A stretch of 54,525 bases of DNA, taken from assembly GCF_035511255.1 (NCBI RefSeq), contig NZ_DATKFR010000202.1, positions 1 through 54,525 on the forward strand. The letters run 5' to 3'. Source of the stretch: Parvibaculum sp. GTDB lineage: Bacteria > Pseudomonadota > Alphaproteobacteria > Parvibaculales > Parvibaculaceae. Of the stretch, positions 38,055 through 48,240 are shown in pieces. The position numbers and the translations under genes were made by a program. The notes below the pieces were generated by a model that was not told where the DNA came from, made no database searches, and saw only the letters and a program-made list of their open reading frames with translations. Within the stretch, counting starts at the first letter, position 1, and each line of letters begins with the position of its first letter.

Positions 38055-38789
38055 CTAAAGCCGGCGCACGAGAAAGCCGGGGGCGAAACGGACGACGAGC
38101 ATGACAAAGCGCCACCAGAAGGGGACATAAATCACGCCGCGCCTACCCTTTTTCACGGCGGCTGCAATGTCCTTGCCGACGGATTGAGCGCTCGCCCAGA
38201 GGGCGCCTTTTGGAAATGCCGCCGTCATCGGCGTATCGACGAAGCCCGGCTTCACCACCAGGACCTTGACGCCCTTGCCGGCCAGCGCGAGAGCCATGCC
38301 TTCGCCCATGACCGACAGCAGCGCCTTCGAGGCGCCATAGATGTAGTTGCTCGGCCGCCCGCGATCCCCGGCAACGGATGAAACGACGACAAGCGTGCCG
38401 GAGCCCTGAAGCGACAGGATATTACCGATACGGATCATCAACGCGGCGGGCCCCGCGGTGTTGACGCGCAGTGCATCGAGCGTTTCGGCGGCCGACGCCT
38501 CGCAGGCCTGCTGGTCCGGAAGAACGCCTTGTGCAATCAGCGCCATGTCGATGCCGCCCAGCGCCGCCTGCGCAGCGTCGCAAAGCTCATCGAGCGCGCC
38601 AAGTTCGGCAAGATCCGCGACCCTGACCGTCACCTCCGCCGCACCGCGCACTTCGAGGTCGGCTGCAACATCGGCAAGCGTTCTTTCATTGCGCGCGACC
38701 AGAAAAAAGCGTGCGCCCTCCCCCGCCAAGGATCGCGCGGTCTCCTGCGCGATCGCCGAAGTCGCACCGAAGATCAGGACGCGGTTCAT
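38055..38789 (-). CDS. SDR, DprE2-like
   Basis: GATSAIA, SSVAGDRGR, YGASK and KPGFVDTPMT. Confidence 0.88.
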   Translation of the reverse strand: MNRVLIFGATSAIAQETARSLAGEGARFFLVARNERTLADVAADLEVRGAAEVTVRVADLAELGALDELCDAAQAALGGIDMALIAQGVLPDQQACEASAAETLDALRVNTAGPAALMIRIGNILSLQGSGTLVVVSSVAGDRGRPSNYIYGASKALLSVMGEGMALALAGKGVKVLVVKPGFVDTPMTAAFPKGALWASAQSVGKDIAAAVKKGRRGVIYVPFWWRFVMLVVRFAPGFLVRRL

Positions 38790-40114
38790 CAGGCATTCTC
38801 CATGACACGCCGCGCGAAGCTGGAACCGAAGCGCGGATCGACGAAGTTACGGAACGTATTTCGCTGCGGATAGCCATGTCCGAAACAGGCGGGCGACATG
38901 CGCGCATCCTTGGCTGGATAAAGACGCCCTCCGGCTTCCATCACAATGGCATCGAGCCGGTCGAGCAGCGCGAAGGTCTTTTCGCCCAGGATCGGGAAGT
39001 CGAGTGCCAGCGTCGTCCCGGGCATCGGGAAGGAGAGAAGGCCCGGCGAAGCGAGATCGCCGAAAACCTTGAAGACGACGAGGAAAGAGCCCTGCCCGCT
39101 ACGGCCGATCTCCGCCAGCAGGGCTTCCGAGACGTCGCGTTGATCGCGCGCTGGCACCACGGCCTGGTATTGAAGGAACCCCCTGGGGCCGTAAATGCGA
39201 TTCCAGTTCGCGATCGCGTCGAGCGGATAGTGGAAGGCGTCGAGGGTCCAGACCCTCTCCACGATGCGCGGCGTCTGGCGGTTGTAGTAGGCCGCGTTGA
39301 AGGCTTTCAGCGTCCACCGGTTGACGAGCGACATGGGCGGCATGACCGGGACGGCCAGCGGCAGGGGCCGACGCGCCTTGATTCCGCCGGCGGCATCGGC
39401 GTCGAGAACGTTTGCCCGTAGAAAATGACCGCGCCCGAAGGTCTCGCCGCGGCCGAGGCAATCTATCCAGGACACCACATATTCATGGCTCGCTGCCGAT
39501 TCGGCGCTCAGAACGAAAAATTCGTCGAGACCGCCGAACTTGATCGACTGGCCGGCGACATACGACGAGCCGACCCGCTTCAACTGCAGCGTCGCCCGCG
39601 TAATGAGACCTGTGAGGCCGAGTCCGCCGATGGTCGCGGCGAAATAATCGGCATTCTCGGCCGGCGAGCAGGACAGCCTTGTTCCGTCCGAACGCAGGAG
39701 TTCGAAGCCTCTTATGTGGCGTCCGATCGTCCCCTCGCGGTGATGGTTCTTGCCGTGCACGTCGTTGGCGATGGCGCCGCCCAGCGTCACGAATTTCGTG
39801 CCGGGCGTGACGGGCAGAAACCAGCCATGCGGCAGGGCCACGTCGATGATTTCGGCGAGAGAGACGCCCGTCTCGCAGGCGATCTCGCCGGTCTGGCGAT
39901 CGAAGGAAATGAAGCGGTCGAGGCTCGTGGTGTCGATGAGCGTGCCGCCGCCATTCAGGCAACTGTCGCCATAGCTGCGGCCAAATCCGTGGGCGAGGAC
40001 GCTGCCCTCCGGCGGCAAGGGAAGCGGCTCATGACGGTTCGGCATGCCGACGACGCTCTGCGCGACGCGCGGGTAACGGCCCCAGCTCATGGCTTTCATC
40101 GTCGCGGGCTTCAT
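38789..40114 (-). CDS. FAD-binding oxidoreductase, DprE1-like
   Basis: GRSYGD, PVTPGTKFVTLGGAIANDVHGKNHH and GGRLYPAKD. Confidence 0.9.
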   Translation of the reverse strand: MKPATMKAMSWGRYPRVAQSVVGMPNRHEPLPLPPEGSVLAHGFGRSYGDSCLNGGGTLIDTTSLDRFISFDRQTGEIACETGVSLAEIIDVALPHGWFLPVTPGTKFVTLGGAIANDVHGKNHHREGTIGRHIRGFELLRSDGTRLSCSPAENADYFAATIGGLGLTGLITRATLQLKRVGSSYVAGQSIKFGGLDEFFVLSAESAASHEYVVSWIDCLGRGETFGRGHFLRANVLDADAAGGIKARRPLPLAVPVMPPMSLVNRWTLKAFNAAYYNRQTPRIVERVWTLDAFHYPLDAIANWNRIYGPRGFLQYQAVVPARDQRDVSEALLAEIGRSGQGSFLVVFKVFGDLASPGLLSFPMPGTTLALDFPILGEKTFALLDRLDAIVMEAGGRLYPAKDARMSPACFGHGYPQRNTFRNFVDPRFGSSFARRVMENA

Positions 40115-41556
40115 CCGACCGCTGCCAGAGCGATGATGACGGCCGCGATCGCGCCGATTGCCCGACTGACCGGATCCCTCAAAGCAAAGACGATCGGGTC
40201 GTCATGCATCAGTCCCCGATGTGTCAGAAGCCAGACGCGGCTGATCCAGTAGAGCATCAGCGGCGCGAAAAGCCAGAGAAGCTGGTGATGGGGATAGAGC
40301 GCCTGCGCTTCGGGGGCGCTGACATAAAGCGCGAGCACGACGACGCTCGCATAGCCGGACGCAACGCCCAGCATCTGCAGGATGACGAGATCGTCCGTCT
40401 GGTATCCGCGGCCATGAAGAAGTGTGACCCCGCGTTGGCGACCGGATTCAATCTCGGCCACGCGCTTCACCACGCCGAGGCTCAGAAAAAGAAAGATCGA
40501 AACGCCGAGCAGCCAGGGGGAGAGCGCCACATGAACGACAACTGCCCCGGCGATGATCCTCAGCGTATAGAGCGAGGCCAGCGTGAAAACGTCGAGAAGG
40601 GCCCGCCGCTTCAGATCGAGCGAATAGGCGAGCGTCACGAGATAATAGACCGCGAGGACGGCAGCGAAGAACGGATCGACCCGGATTGCGAGCGCGAAAC
40701 CCGCGACAAGAAGAACCGGGATCGCGACCAGGCCTTGCTCGAGCGGCAATGTCGCCGCGGCGAAGGGGCGCAACCGCTTGCTTGGATGTTTGCGGTCGGC
40801 ACCGAGGTCCAGAAGATCGTTGAGGAGATAGACGCTCGATGCGCAAAGGCTGAAGGCGATGAAGCCCAGGCCGGCCGCCGTGAGCTTTGTCTGATCGAAA
40901 ATCTGGTGCGAAAGCACCAGCGGCACGAAAAGAAGTGTGTTCTTCACCCACTGATGAAGACGCAGCGCCTTGACCCATAACTTCAAGCGCGACGGGCGCT
41001 CGCCTTCCGGTCGGAAGACGCGCGCAAAAGCGACGCGTTTCGACAGTACCTGCTCGATATCGCTAGGACCTGCGGCGAGCAGGGCCGCGTCCGCGCCGGC
41101 CCAAACGGGCATGTCCACCTGTGCGTTGCCGACATAGTCGTAACGGCCAAACCGCTCCTTGAGCACGCGCGCCTTTGCAGCGCCGGTCATGTTGTTGCGG
41201 CCGTCGCTTGCGACCACGGCGCCGAAGAAACCGTGATGGGCGGCGATCGCGTCGACGATCCGGCGGTCGGCGCCCGAGGCGAGAACGATTTTGCGACCTG
41301 CCTCTTGCTCGGCTCGAAGCCAGGCAAGCAACTCCTCGTTATATGAAAGAGCCGCGGGGTCAAAATCGATACGGCGCGCGATCTCGGCCTTGCAATGAGC
41401 CCTGCCGCCGAGGAGCCAGAAAGGCAACAGCAACAGGCTCCAGGGCTTCTGCTTGAGCAGGAGCAGGAGCGCCTCGGTCAACGTGTCGGTCCGCGAAAAG
41501 GTGCCGTCGAGATCGACGCAAAGCACACTTTCCGAGGCAAGAATCGCTTCATTCAT
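40111..41556 (-). CDS. HAD-UbiA prenyl-phosphate phosphoribosyltransferase
   Basis: VDLDGT HAD domain; HQWVKN, NDLLD..ADRKHP.KR.RP and DDP. Confidence 0.9.
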   Translation of the reverse strand: MNEAILASESVLCVDLDGTFSRTDTLTEALLLLLKQKPWSLLLLPFWLLGGRAHCKAEIARRIDFDPAALSYNEELLAWLRAEQEAGRKIVLASGADRRIVDAIAAHHGFFGAVVASDGRNNMTGAAKARVLKERFGRYDYVGNAQVDMPVWAGADAALLAAGPSDIEQVLSKRVAFARVFRPEGERPSRLKLWVKALRLHQWVKNTLLFVPLVLSHQIFDQTKLTAAGLGFIAFSLCASSVYLLNDLLDLGADRKHPSKRLRPFAAATLPLEQGLVAIPVLLVAGFALAIRVDPFFAAVLAVYYLVTLAYSLDLKRRALLDVFTLASLYTLRIIAGAVVVHVALSPWLLGVSIFLFLSLGVVKRVAEIESGRQRGVTLLHGRGYQTDDLVILQMLGVASGYASVVVLALYVSAPEAQALYPHHQLLWLFAPLMLYWISRVWLLTHRGLMHDDPIVFALRDPVSRAIGAIAAVIIALAAVG

Positions 41557-42538
41557 AAGTGGCCCCGTCGCTCTTCAGGGTAATCAGCTTTCGCCCGGGC
41601 GCAAACATCAGTTCGGCGGTCGCCAGCGCCCCGACACCGATCATCACAGCGAACCATAGGGTAGCCAGACGGCAGACCAGCGTGACTGCGATCGCCTCCG
41701 CGACCGGCAATCCCGCCGCGGCAAGAAGGGCGGTCATCGCAGCCTCCGTGCCGCCGAGCCCGGCCGGCAGGAAAATCGCGGCGGCACCGGCAAGAATAGC
41801 GAGGCCGTAAATGCCGAGCGATACGCCAAGACCGATGTCATGTCCAAGAGCCGAAGCGAGAAGCCAGACGCCATAGCCCTCGACGCCCCAGGCGACGACG
41901 CTCAGCAGAAGTATACCCGCGAGCCGCTTCCAGGCGAGGAGGCGGCGCGAATGTCCGAGCATTTCGGCGATCCATTCGAGCAGCCCGCCGACGCGTCCGC
42001 CCAACCGCGTACCGAGCATAACGAGGAAGGCGGGCGTCTCCTTCCACACAATGACGGCAAGCGCGACCAGAAGGAGCGCCGTAGCGCAGGCGATCGCCCA
42101 AGCGAGATCGGCGCGGATCGTGAGAAGGAACGCCGAGAGGACCACGATGGCGAAGAGATCCATCAGCCGCTCGACAAAGAGCAACGCGACGCTCGCCTTG
42201 TAGGGAACGCCCTCGTCGCTCAGATAAAGGCAGCGCACCGCTTCGCCCGCCTTGCCGGGACTGACGGTCAGCGCAAAGCCCGAAAGATAGACGACAAGGC
42301 TGCGGAGGGCGGGAATTTCAAAATTCCGCCAGCCCAGGTAGAGCTGCCAGCGCCAGAAGCGGAGGCCATAATTGAAAAGCGACAGGGTCAGGACCGCCAG
42401 CAACACCGGAAGGCCGATACCGGCGACCGCCTCGACGATACGTCCGCCCTGCACCGTCACCGCGACGGCAATGTAACCTGCGAGCGCAACCGCCGTCACA
42501 CCCGCCGCGTTGCGTCGCCATTTTGCCGGTATAGGCAC
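41549..42538 (-). CDS. LPG-synthase TM domain (flippase-like) membrane protein
   Basis: LRFWRW, SPGKAGE, ERLMD, PAGLG.TE and RLATLW; GTG start. Confidence 0.85.
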   Translation of the reverse strand: MPIPAKWRRNAAGVTAVALAGYIAVAVTVQGGRIVEAVAGIGLPVLLAVLTLSLFNYGLRFWRWQLYLGWRNFEIPALRSLVVYLSGFALTVSPGKAGEAVRCLYLSDEGVPYKASVALLFVERLMDLFAIVVLSAFLLTIRADLAWAIACATALLLVALAVIVWKETPAFLVMLGTRLGGRVGGLLEWIAEMLGHSRRLLAWKRLAGILLLSVVAWGVEGYGVWLLASALGHDIGLGVSLGIYGLAILAGAAAIFLPAGLGGTEAAMTALLAAAGLPVAEAIAVTLVCRLATLWFAVMIGVGALATAELMFAPGRKLITLKSDGATYE

Positions 42539-42731
42539 CAGGAGCCTCTTTGCTGATCCGCCCGGGCACCTTGTGCCAGCCCGCCGAATATTATTCCTAA
42601 CGCGAGATTACCGGGGAGAGGTGAACGGGTTCTCAATGTTTTTCTCCGCCCGCGCGAAAGGTCTTTTCCATACCAATTTAGTAGTGTATAAATGCGGTCG
42701 TGCTAATCCCGCCCTGCGGATGGAGCCACGC

Positions 42732-42854
42732 ATGACGATCCATAATCCCGTTCCGCTGCGCGTTAGCGGCCTTGTCGCGTTCCTGCATATGGGACTGCCC
42801 GGCGACGTCATGACGAATGCTTTTGGCGCCGAACGGATGTGTTGTCGCCCCTGA
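42732..42854 (+). CDS. 40-aa Met/Cys-containing putative leader peptide (MTIHNPVPLRVSGLVAFLHMGLPGDVMTNAFGAERMCCRP)
   Basis: GGAG RBS; ends MCCRP; followed by hairpins. Confidence 0.5.
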   Translation: MTIHNPVPLRVSGLVAFLHMGLPGDVMTNAFGAERMCCRP

Positions 42855-42972
42855 CAGCGACATACCGGGTGCTTGCTCTCCCGAGCAGCAAAATCTTCAC
42901 AGAATTTTCGTCGCGCCGATGGAGCGCGGGCCGGAGAAGCGCGTTATATGCGCGCCGGCCAGAGGAGTATTC

Positions 42973-43161
42973 ATGACCGACGCTTATGTGATCGAGATCG
43001 ACGACGAGGCCGCCGGCATTATCGTCAGAACCGGCCGTGATTATTATTTCTATGCGTCCAACCCGCGTTATGCGCAATTGGAAGGAACGAGCTATACCTC
43101 GCCTTCGAAAGCTGAAATTGCTGCACGCGCATTGACGCGGCCGCTCGCGCGCGCGAGCTGA
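42973..43161 (+). CDS. 62-aa small protein (MTDAYVIEIDDEAAGIIVR...)
   Basis: Strong AGAGGAG RBS; compact beta-beta-beta-alpha pattern. Confidence 0.75.
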   Translation: MTDAYVIEIDDEAAGIIVRTGRDYYFYASNPRYAQLEGTSYTSPSKAEIAARALTRPLARAS

Positions 43162-43216
43162 ACCGGCAGCGGTCACATCGCGGCGACAGCGCGATGTGAC
43201 CTTCGTCGGCCCACGT

Positions 43217-44248
43217 TCAGGATTGCTGTGCGATCAGCTTCTTCACCGCGGCACCGATACGTGCCGTCGCGACGCCGGCCGCCGGTATGGCGCCGCCCAT
43301 ATTCAGGAAGCCGTGAATCTGGCCGGGAAAGAAAAGCGTCTCCACCGTAACGCCCGCTCCGCGCAGCCGCGCCGTATAAGCCGCAGCTTCGTCGCGCAAA
43401 GGATCGAAACCCGCATAAAGGACGATCGCCGGCGCCACATCCGTGAAAGACGAAGCAAAGAGCGGCGATACGCGCCAGTCCGCGGCGCTCGGACCTCTGC
43501 CTATATAATTGCGCCTATACCAGGCATAGAGATCGGCGGTGAGCAGGTAGCCCTCGGCAAAGTGCTGATGCGATGGCAGACTCGCCGTCAGATCGACGCA
43601 TGGATAAAGCAGCATCTGATAAGCGGGCTCGAAGGCGATCTGCCCGTCGCGCGCGGCGAGCGCGGTGACGGCGGCGATGTTCGCGCCGGCACTGTCACCG
43701 CCGATGCCGATGCGCGCCGGATCGAGGCCAAGCCAATGCGCGTTCTTCTGCACCCATTTCGCGGCGGCCGCCGCATCGTCGAGCGCTGCCGGAAATGGGT
43801 ACTCCGGCGCGAGCCGGTAATCGACCCAGATCACGGCCGAGCCCGTTTCATTGGCGAGCAGACGCACCAGAGGCTCGTAGATGGTGAGATCGCCCAGCGT
43901 CCAGCCGCCGCCGTGCAGGAAAACAAGGCCCGGCAGCGCGTCTGCCGGTTTCGAACCCGCAGGTCGGAAGATCGTGAGTTTGGGCACACCCGCCGTCACA
44001 GGCCGGAGTTCCATCACGCTTTCGACGGCTTCGGCCGGCGCCAAAAACGGCTTTCTGGCTGCATTGTAGCGCTTTCGCGCCTCGATCGCCGTCAATTCCG
44101 AACGTGGGCCGGCATGAGCAAGGCGGGCGATGACCCCCGCTGCCGCCGGATCCAGGATACCTTCTGTACCCGGAATAAGTGCGAACTTCCTCGACAGAAG
44201 AGCCGAGGTGTCGCGGGGACGATTCGAGAATGCCGATATGTCGCTCAT
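43217..44248 (-). CDS. HSL-family alpha/beta hydrolase (esterase)
   Basis: HGGGW, DYRLAPE, GDSAG, DPLRD and HGF. Confidence 0.92.
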   Translation of the reverse strand: MSDISAFSNRPRDTSALLSRKFALIPGTEGILDPAAAGVIARLAHAGPRSELTAIEARKRYNAARKPFLAPAEAVESVMELRPVTAGVPKLTIFRPAGSKPADALPGLVFLHGGGWTLGDLTIYEPLVRLLANETGSAVIWVDYRLAPEYPFPAALDDAAAAAKWVQKNAHWLGLDPARIGIGGDSAGANIAAVTALAARDGQIAFEPAYQMLLYPCVDLTASLPSHQHFAEGYLLTADLYAWYRRNYIGRGPSAADWRVSPLFASSFTDVAPAIVLYAGFDPLRDEAAAYTARLRGAGVTVETLFFPGQIHGFLNMGGAIPAAGVATARIGAAVKKLIAQQS

Positions 44249-44306
44249 CGTCGAACTCCTTTCCAAATCCCCCTTCGACACCCCTGCCGGTCTTCGATCG
44301 CCTCGA

Positions 44307-45431
44307 TCAGGACGCGGCCACGTTCAACCGCAACTCACGTTCTTCGGTCCCCTCGATCTCGCTCGCGCGCACAAGCGGGACGACGTCCTCGGCAAATCTG
44401 TATGCCTCTTCCAGATGCGGATAGCCGGACAACACAAAAGAGGAGATACCGAGCGCCCGGTATTCATTGATGCGATCGGCCACCGTTTGCGGATCGCCGA
44501 CGAGCGCCGTGCCGGCGCCGCCACGCACGAGACCGACACCCGCCCACAAGTTGGGACTGACCTCGAGATTTTCGCGCTTACCGCCATGCAGCGCCTGCAT
44601 GCGCCGCTGCCCTTCGGAATCATGCGTCCCGAGGGCCGCCTGATAGCGTGCGATGAGATCGCCGTCGACATCGCGCAGCAAATCGTTTGCGGCGTCCCAG
44701 GCTTTCTCCACCGTGTCGCGCACGACGACATGGAGGCGGATGCCGAATTTCAGTTCGCGGTCCGCCGGTCGCCCAACTTCCTTTGCCGCCGCGCGCACGG
44801 TTGCAATCTTCTCCGCCACCTGCTGCGGCGGCTCGCCCCATGTGAGATAGGTGTCGATGTGCTTCGCCGCGACGCGAATGCCGGCGGGTGAAGAGCCACC
44901 GAAGTAGAGCGGTGGATGCGGGCGCTGGACGGCGGGGAAAACGCTTTGCGCCTTCTCGACCTTGACATGCCTGCCGTCGAAATCCGATTTTCCTTTTTCG
45001 AGGAGCTCTCGCCATACGGTCAGATATTCATCTGCCAGATCGTAACGCTCATCGTGATCGAGGAAGAGGCCGTCGCCCCTGTGCTCGGCATTGCTACTGC
45101 CCGAAACGACATTGATAAGAAGGCGTCCGTTGGAGAGCCGGTCGAAGGTCGCCGCCATGCGCGCGGCAAGCGGCGCCGCGATGAGCCCTGGACGCAATGC
45201 GATCAGAAATTTCAGGCGCTGCGTTGCCGGGATGAGCGCCGAGGCGATCGTCCAAGCGTCCTCGCAGTGAACGCCCGTCGGCAGCAGCATGCCGTCATAG
45301 CCGAGCGCGTCGGCGCTGGTCGCGATCCGTTGAGCGTAGTCGAGGGTGAGCGGCCTGCGCCCGCTGGGCGAGACGAGATAACGGCCGTCGCCGGAGGTCG
45401 GCAGGAACCACAGGAAGGATGTTCGCGACAT
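44307..45431 (-). CDS. ssuD: FMNH2-dependent alkanesulfonate monooxygenase
   Basis: [42 protein letters not shown] and SGYPHLEE. Confidence 0.93.
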   Translation of the reverse strand: MSRTSFLWFLPTSGDGRYLVSPSGRRPLTLDYAQRIATSADALGYDGMLLPTGVHCEDAWTIASALIPATQRLKFLIALRPGLIAAPLAARMAATFDRLSNGRLLINVVSGSSNAEHRGDGLFLDHDERYDLADEYLTVWRELLEKGKSDFDGRHVKVEKAQSVFPAVQRPHPPLYFGGSSPAGIRVAAKHIDTYLTWGEPPQQVAEKIATVRAAAKEVGRPADRELKFGIRLHVVVRDTVEKAWDAANDLLRDVDGDLIARYQAALGTHDSEGQRRMQALHGGKRENLEVSPNLWAGVGLVRGGAGTALVGDPQTVADRINEYRALGISSFVLSGYPHLEEAYRFAEDVVPLVRASEIEGTEERELRLNVAAS

Positions 45432-45447
45432 TTCACACCTACTTTAT

Positions 45448-45466
45448 GTCTATCGATTTGATAGAC
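45448..45466. promoter_or_regulatory. Palindromic operator upstream of ssuD
   Basis: GTCTATC-gattt-GATAGAC. Confidence 0.6.
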
Positions 45467-45645
45467 TATATAATTTCAGCTCGCCCCGGGCAAGCCCCTG
45501 CGGCAGTCCCGGGCGAAGTGACGCATCTCCGAAACTTTCATACCCCTGCCGCGCATTCGGTCTTGGCGACGGCATGGCGACGCGCGAGGCTGACCTGCGC
45601 CCGAAACGGCGCAGCATTCTCCTTCGGACGACATCCAGGACTGCG

Positions 45646-46521
45646 ATGATCCACCTTTCCGTCGGTTCGCTCGATGCCCGGATCGCGCCTCTCGCGGGCG
45701 GCAGCCTCGCATCCTTCTCGGCGGCCGGTCAGGAGATGCTGCGTCCCTTTTCCGCGACCGGGCACGCCTCGGACGAGCAGAACCCGATGGCCATGGCCTG
45801 CCATCCGCTCCTGCCTTTCTCCGGGCGCATCGCCTGGGGGCGCTTCACGTTCGAGGGTCGCGTGGTGACGCTACCTCCCGATCCGATCGCGCTTCCCCAT
45901 GCGATCCACGGGCTCGGCTGGCGACACCCCTGGACGGTGGCGCGGAGCGGCCCGAGCGACGCCTTGCTCGTCTTTCGCCATCCGGGTGGCGACTGGCCCT
46001 GGGCCTTCGACGCCGAGCAGCATTTCACGCTCGACGAGACGAGCCTCACCATCGCGCTCTCGATCGCCAACCGCTCGGACGCACGCATGCCCGCAGGGCT
46101 GGGACTCCACCCCTTCTTTCCAGGGCGGCATGCGGCGCGGCTGACGGCTGCACTGCCCTTCATCTGGGAAATGACGCCCGATCTGTTGCCGCTGCGAAGG
46201 ATCGAAACCCCGGCCGCGATCGACTTCATCCGGGGCCGGGAGATCGCGCCGCTGGCGCTCGATCATTGTTTCTCGGGAAACGACGGGGCTCTTCGGATCG
46301 ACTGGGCGGATCGTCCTCAGGCTCTTCGCATCACCCGACCCGGCGCAACGCATACGATCATCTATACGCCGCGGGACCACGACTTCTTCTGCGTCGAGCC
46401 CTCGACTCATGTGCCCGACGCCTTCAACAGCGGCGAGACCCCGGCCGTCACGGGTCTGCGAGTCCTCGAACCTGGCGAGGAGACGCATCTCTCCTGCCGC
46501 TTCGAAGTCGTTTGGCGTTGA
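45646..46521 (+). CDS. Aldose 1-epimerase family protein
   Basis: PFSGRI, HAIHG, GLHPFF, LDHCF and FFCVEP. Confidence 0.88.
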   Translation: MIHLSVGSLDARIAPLAGGSLASFSAAGQEMLRPFSATGHASDEQNPMAMACHPLLPFSGRIAWGRFTFEGRVVTLPPDPIALPHAIHGLGWRHPWTVARSGPSDALLVFRHPGGDWPWAFDAEQHFTLDETSLTIALSIANRSDARMPAGLGLHPFFPGRHAARLTAALPFIWEMTPDLLPLRRIETPAAIDFIRGREIAPLALDHCFSGNDGALRIDWADRPQALRITRPGATHTIIYTPRDHDFFCVEPSTHVPDAFNSGETPAVTGLRVLEPGEETHLSCRFEVVWR

Positions 46522-46523
46522 AT

Positions 46524-47492
46524 TCAGAAGACGACGCGCAGCAGCGAAAAATCGTCGGGTAGAGGTCCCTCGCCGTTCAGCGACCGGATCCATTCATGGA
46601 TTTTTGCGGGCTCGTCGCCGCCGGGGAGGGCGAGGAAGTCTACGAAGCTCGAAAAGGGCAACATTTCGCCGGGCCCCGTCTCGACCTCGAAAGTCCCGTC
46701 GCTGAGGAGAAGCAGCCGGTCTCCGGGTTCGATCTCCTTGGTCGCGCAGCGATAAGTGATGCCCGGGAAGGTACCGAGCGCGACCCCCCTGGCCGTCAGC
46801 TCCGCGACCTCGATGCCATCGGCACCGTCGCGCAGATGGATCGAGGGCGGATGGCCGGCGCTCGAATAGCTGAGCTGTCCGGTCGAACGCCGGTAAACGC
46901 CGTACCAGATGGTGAAATACATGTCGTTCTGCTTTTCCATCGGAAAAGCTTCGTTGAGCGCGCCGAGCACGGCGGCGGGATCGCGGAAATCCGTGTTGGG
47001 AAGCGCGGAAGAGCGGAGCACGTTGATCGCCGTCACCGAGAGCAGCGCCGCGCCGACGCCATGGCCGCAGACGTCGAGCAGATAGAAGGCTATGTGGTCG
47101 TCGTCGATTTCGTGATAGCCGAAGCTGTCGCCGCCGAGCTCGGTCGACGGCACGAGCAGCCAGTCGGTGGCGGGCGCGACCGTGCGCGGCGTGGGCAGGA
47201 TCGACATCACATAGCGCGTGGCATCGGCCAGTTCCTCGTCCAGGCGTTTCTGCGTGCGCTGCAAAAGGATGTTCTTTTCGGCCAGTTCGTCCTCGACCGC
47301 CTCGCCATGGTCGATCGTCGCCTCGTAGAGAAGCTTCAGATCCTCATATTCGGCACTGAGCCGCGCGATCTCGGCCTTCGCCTCCGCAAGCTGCACCGAA
47401 ACGGACGGACGGGCCGCGCGGGCCTTGCCCGGTCCGGGTCTCTTAACGGGATTCCTTGGGCGGCTGACGGTCGATTTTTCCATGATGGACAT
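46524..47492 (-). CDS. Cytoplasmic PP2C/SpoIIE phosphatase with N-terminal coiled coil
   Basis: ELGGD, DVCGHG, AGHPP, SDG and DD; start 47492 or 47483. Confidence 0.9.
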   Translation of the reverse strand: MSIMEKSTVSRPRNPVKRPGPGKARAARPSVSVQLAEAKAEIARLSAEYEDLKLLYEATIDHGEAVEDELAEKNILLQRTQKRLDEELADATRYVMSILPTPRTVAPATDWLLVPSTELGGDSFGYHEIDDDHIAFYLLDVCGHGVGAALLSVTAINVLRSSALPNTDFRDPAAVLGALNEAFPMEKQNDMYFTIWYGVYRRSTGQLSYSSAGHPPSIHLRDGADGIEVAELTARGVALGTFPGITYRCATKEIEPGDRLLLLSDGTFEVETGPGEMLPFSSFVDFLALPGGDEPAKIHEWIRSLNGEGPLPDDFSLLRVVF

Positions 47493-47694
47493 TGTGATAA
47501 GGGGGCCGGGAGACCGGCGCAAGGCCGTCGCAAAAGTGAAGCATCCGGCGCAAAAAAGACTTCAGGCAGACTTGGGGCATGAGGGCCGAATTTTTACCCT
47601 TGTCGTATTCACTCACTTCGGCTGGACAAGGTGTGAAAAGCGGATACCTTCTGAGCCGATCGGGGCTATCAGGCTGTTTTTGCAGGACAACTTC

Positions 47695-48216
47695 ATGAGT
47701 GCGGACGCTCGTTTGCGCGACGGCGGTGCGGATTTCAAGCCGCTGTTCGAGATTGCCCTCGGGGTCGAGACCTTTGCGTCGAACTGGGCCCATTGCGACA
47801 AGATCGCGACCTATGTGGCGCGCATGGTCAGCCACAACAGAACCGACAGCCTTCTCTACGCCAATCTTTTTTCGTCGGCCTTGAACGAGCTTCTCGAAAC
47901 CGCCTTTCGCGCGCACAGGGGCGGTGGCGATCTCGCCTGTCATGTTTCGCGGTCGGGGCCCGTCGACCGTATCGAGCTCACCATTCCCTGCGACGAGGAT
48001 CTGCGCGGCTTCTATGCGCGGGCGATCGAGGAGTCGCACGGGAACAACGTCGCAGAGCGCTATGTCGCGGCGCTTCTCGCCGACGGGACGCTCGACCCGA
48101 GCATCGGCCTTCTCGAACTCGCCGTCGATTATAAAGCGCGGCTTTCTCTCGAACCCGGCGAAGGCAACGCCGTGCGCCTCGTTGCCGATCTCGCCCTTGA
48201 AGAGATGCCAGCCTGA
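47695..48216 (+). CDS. Degenerate GHKL/Slr1658-like protein (candidate pseudokinase)
   Basis: AGGA RBS; LNELLETAFR and SIGLLELAVDY align with the 51787 kinase. Confidence 0.75.
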   Translation: MSADARLRDGGADFKPLFEIALGVETFASNWAHCDKIATYVARMVSHNRTDSLLYANLFSSALNELLETAFRAHRGGGDLACHVSRSGPVDRIELTIPCDEDLRGFYARAIEESHGNNVAERYVAALLADGTLDPSIGLLELAVDYKARLSLEPGEGNAVRLVADLALEEMPA

Positions 48217-48240
48217 TCCGCGCCTTTGGGGGGCGCCGCC

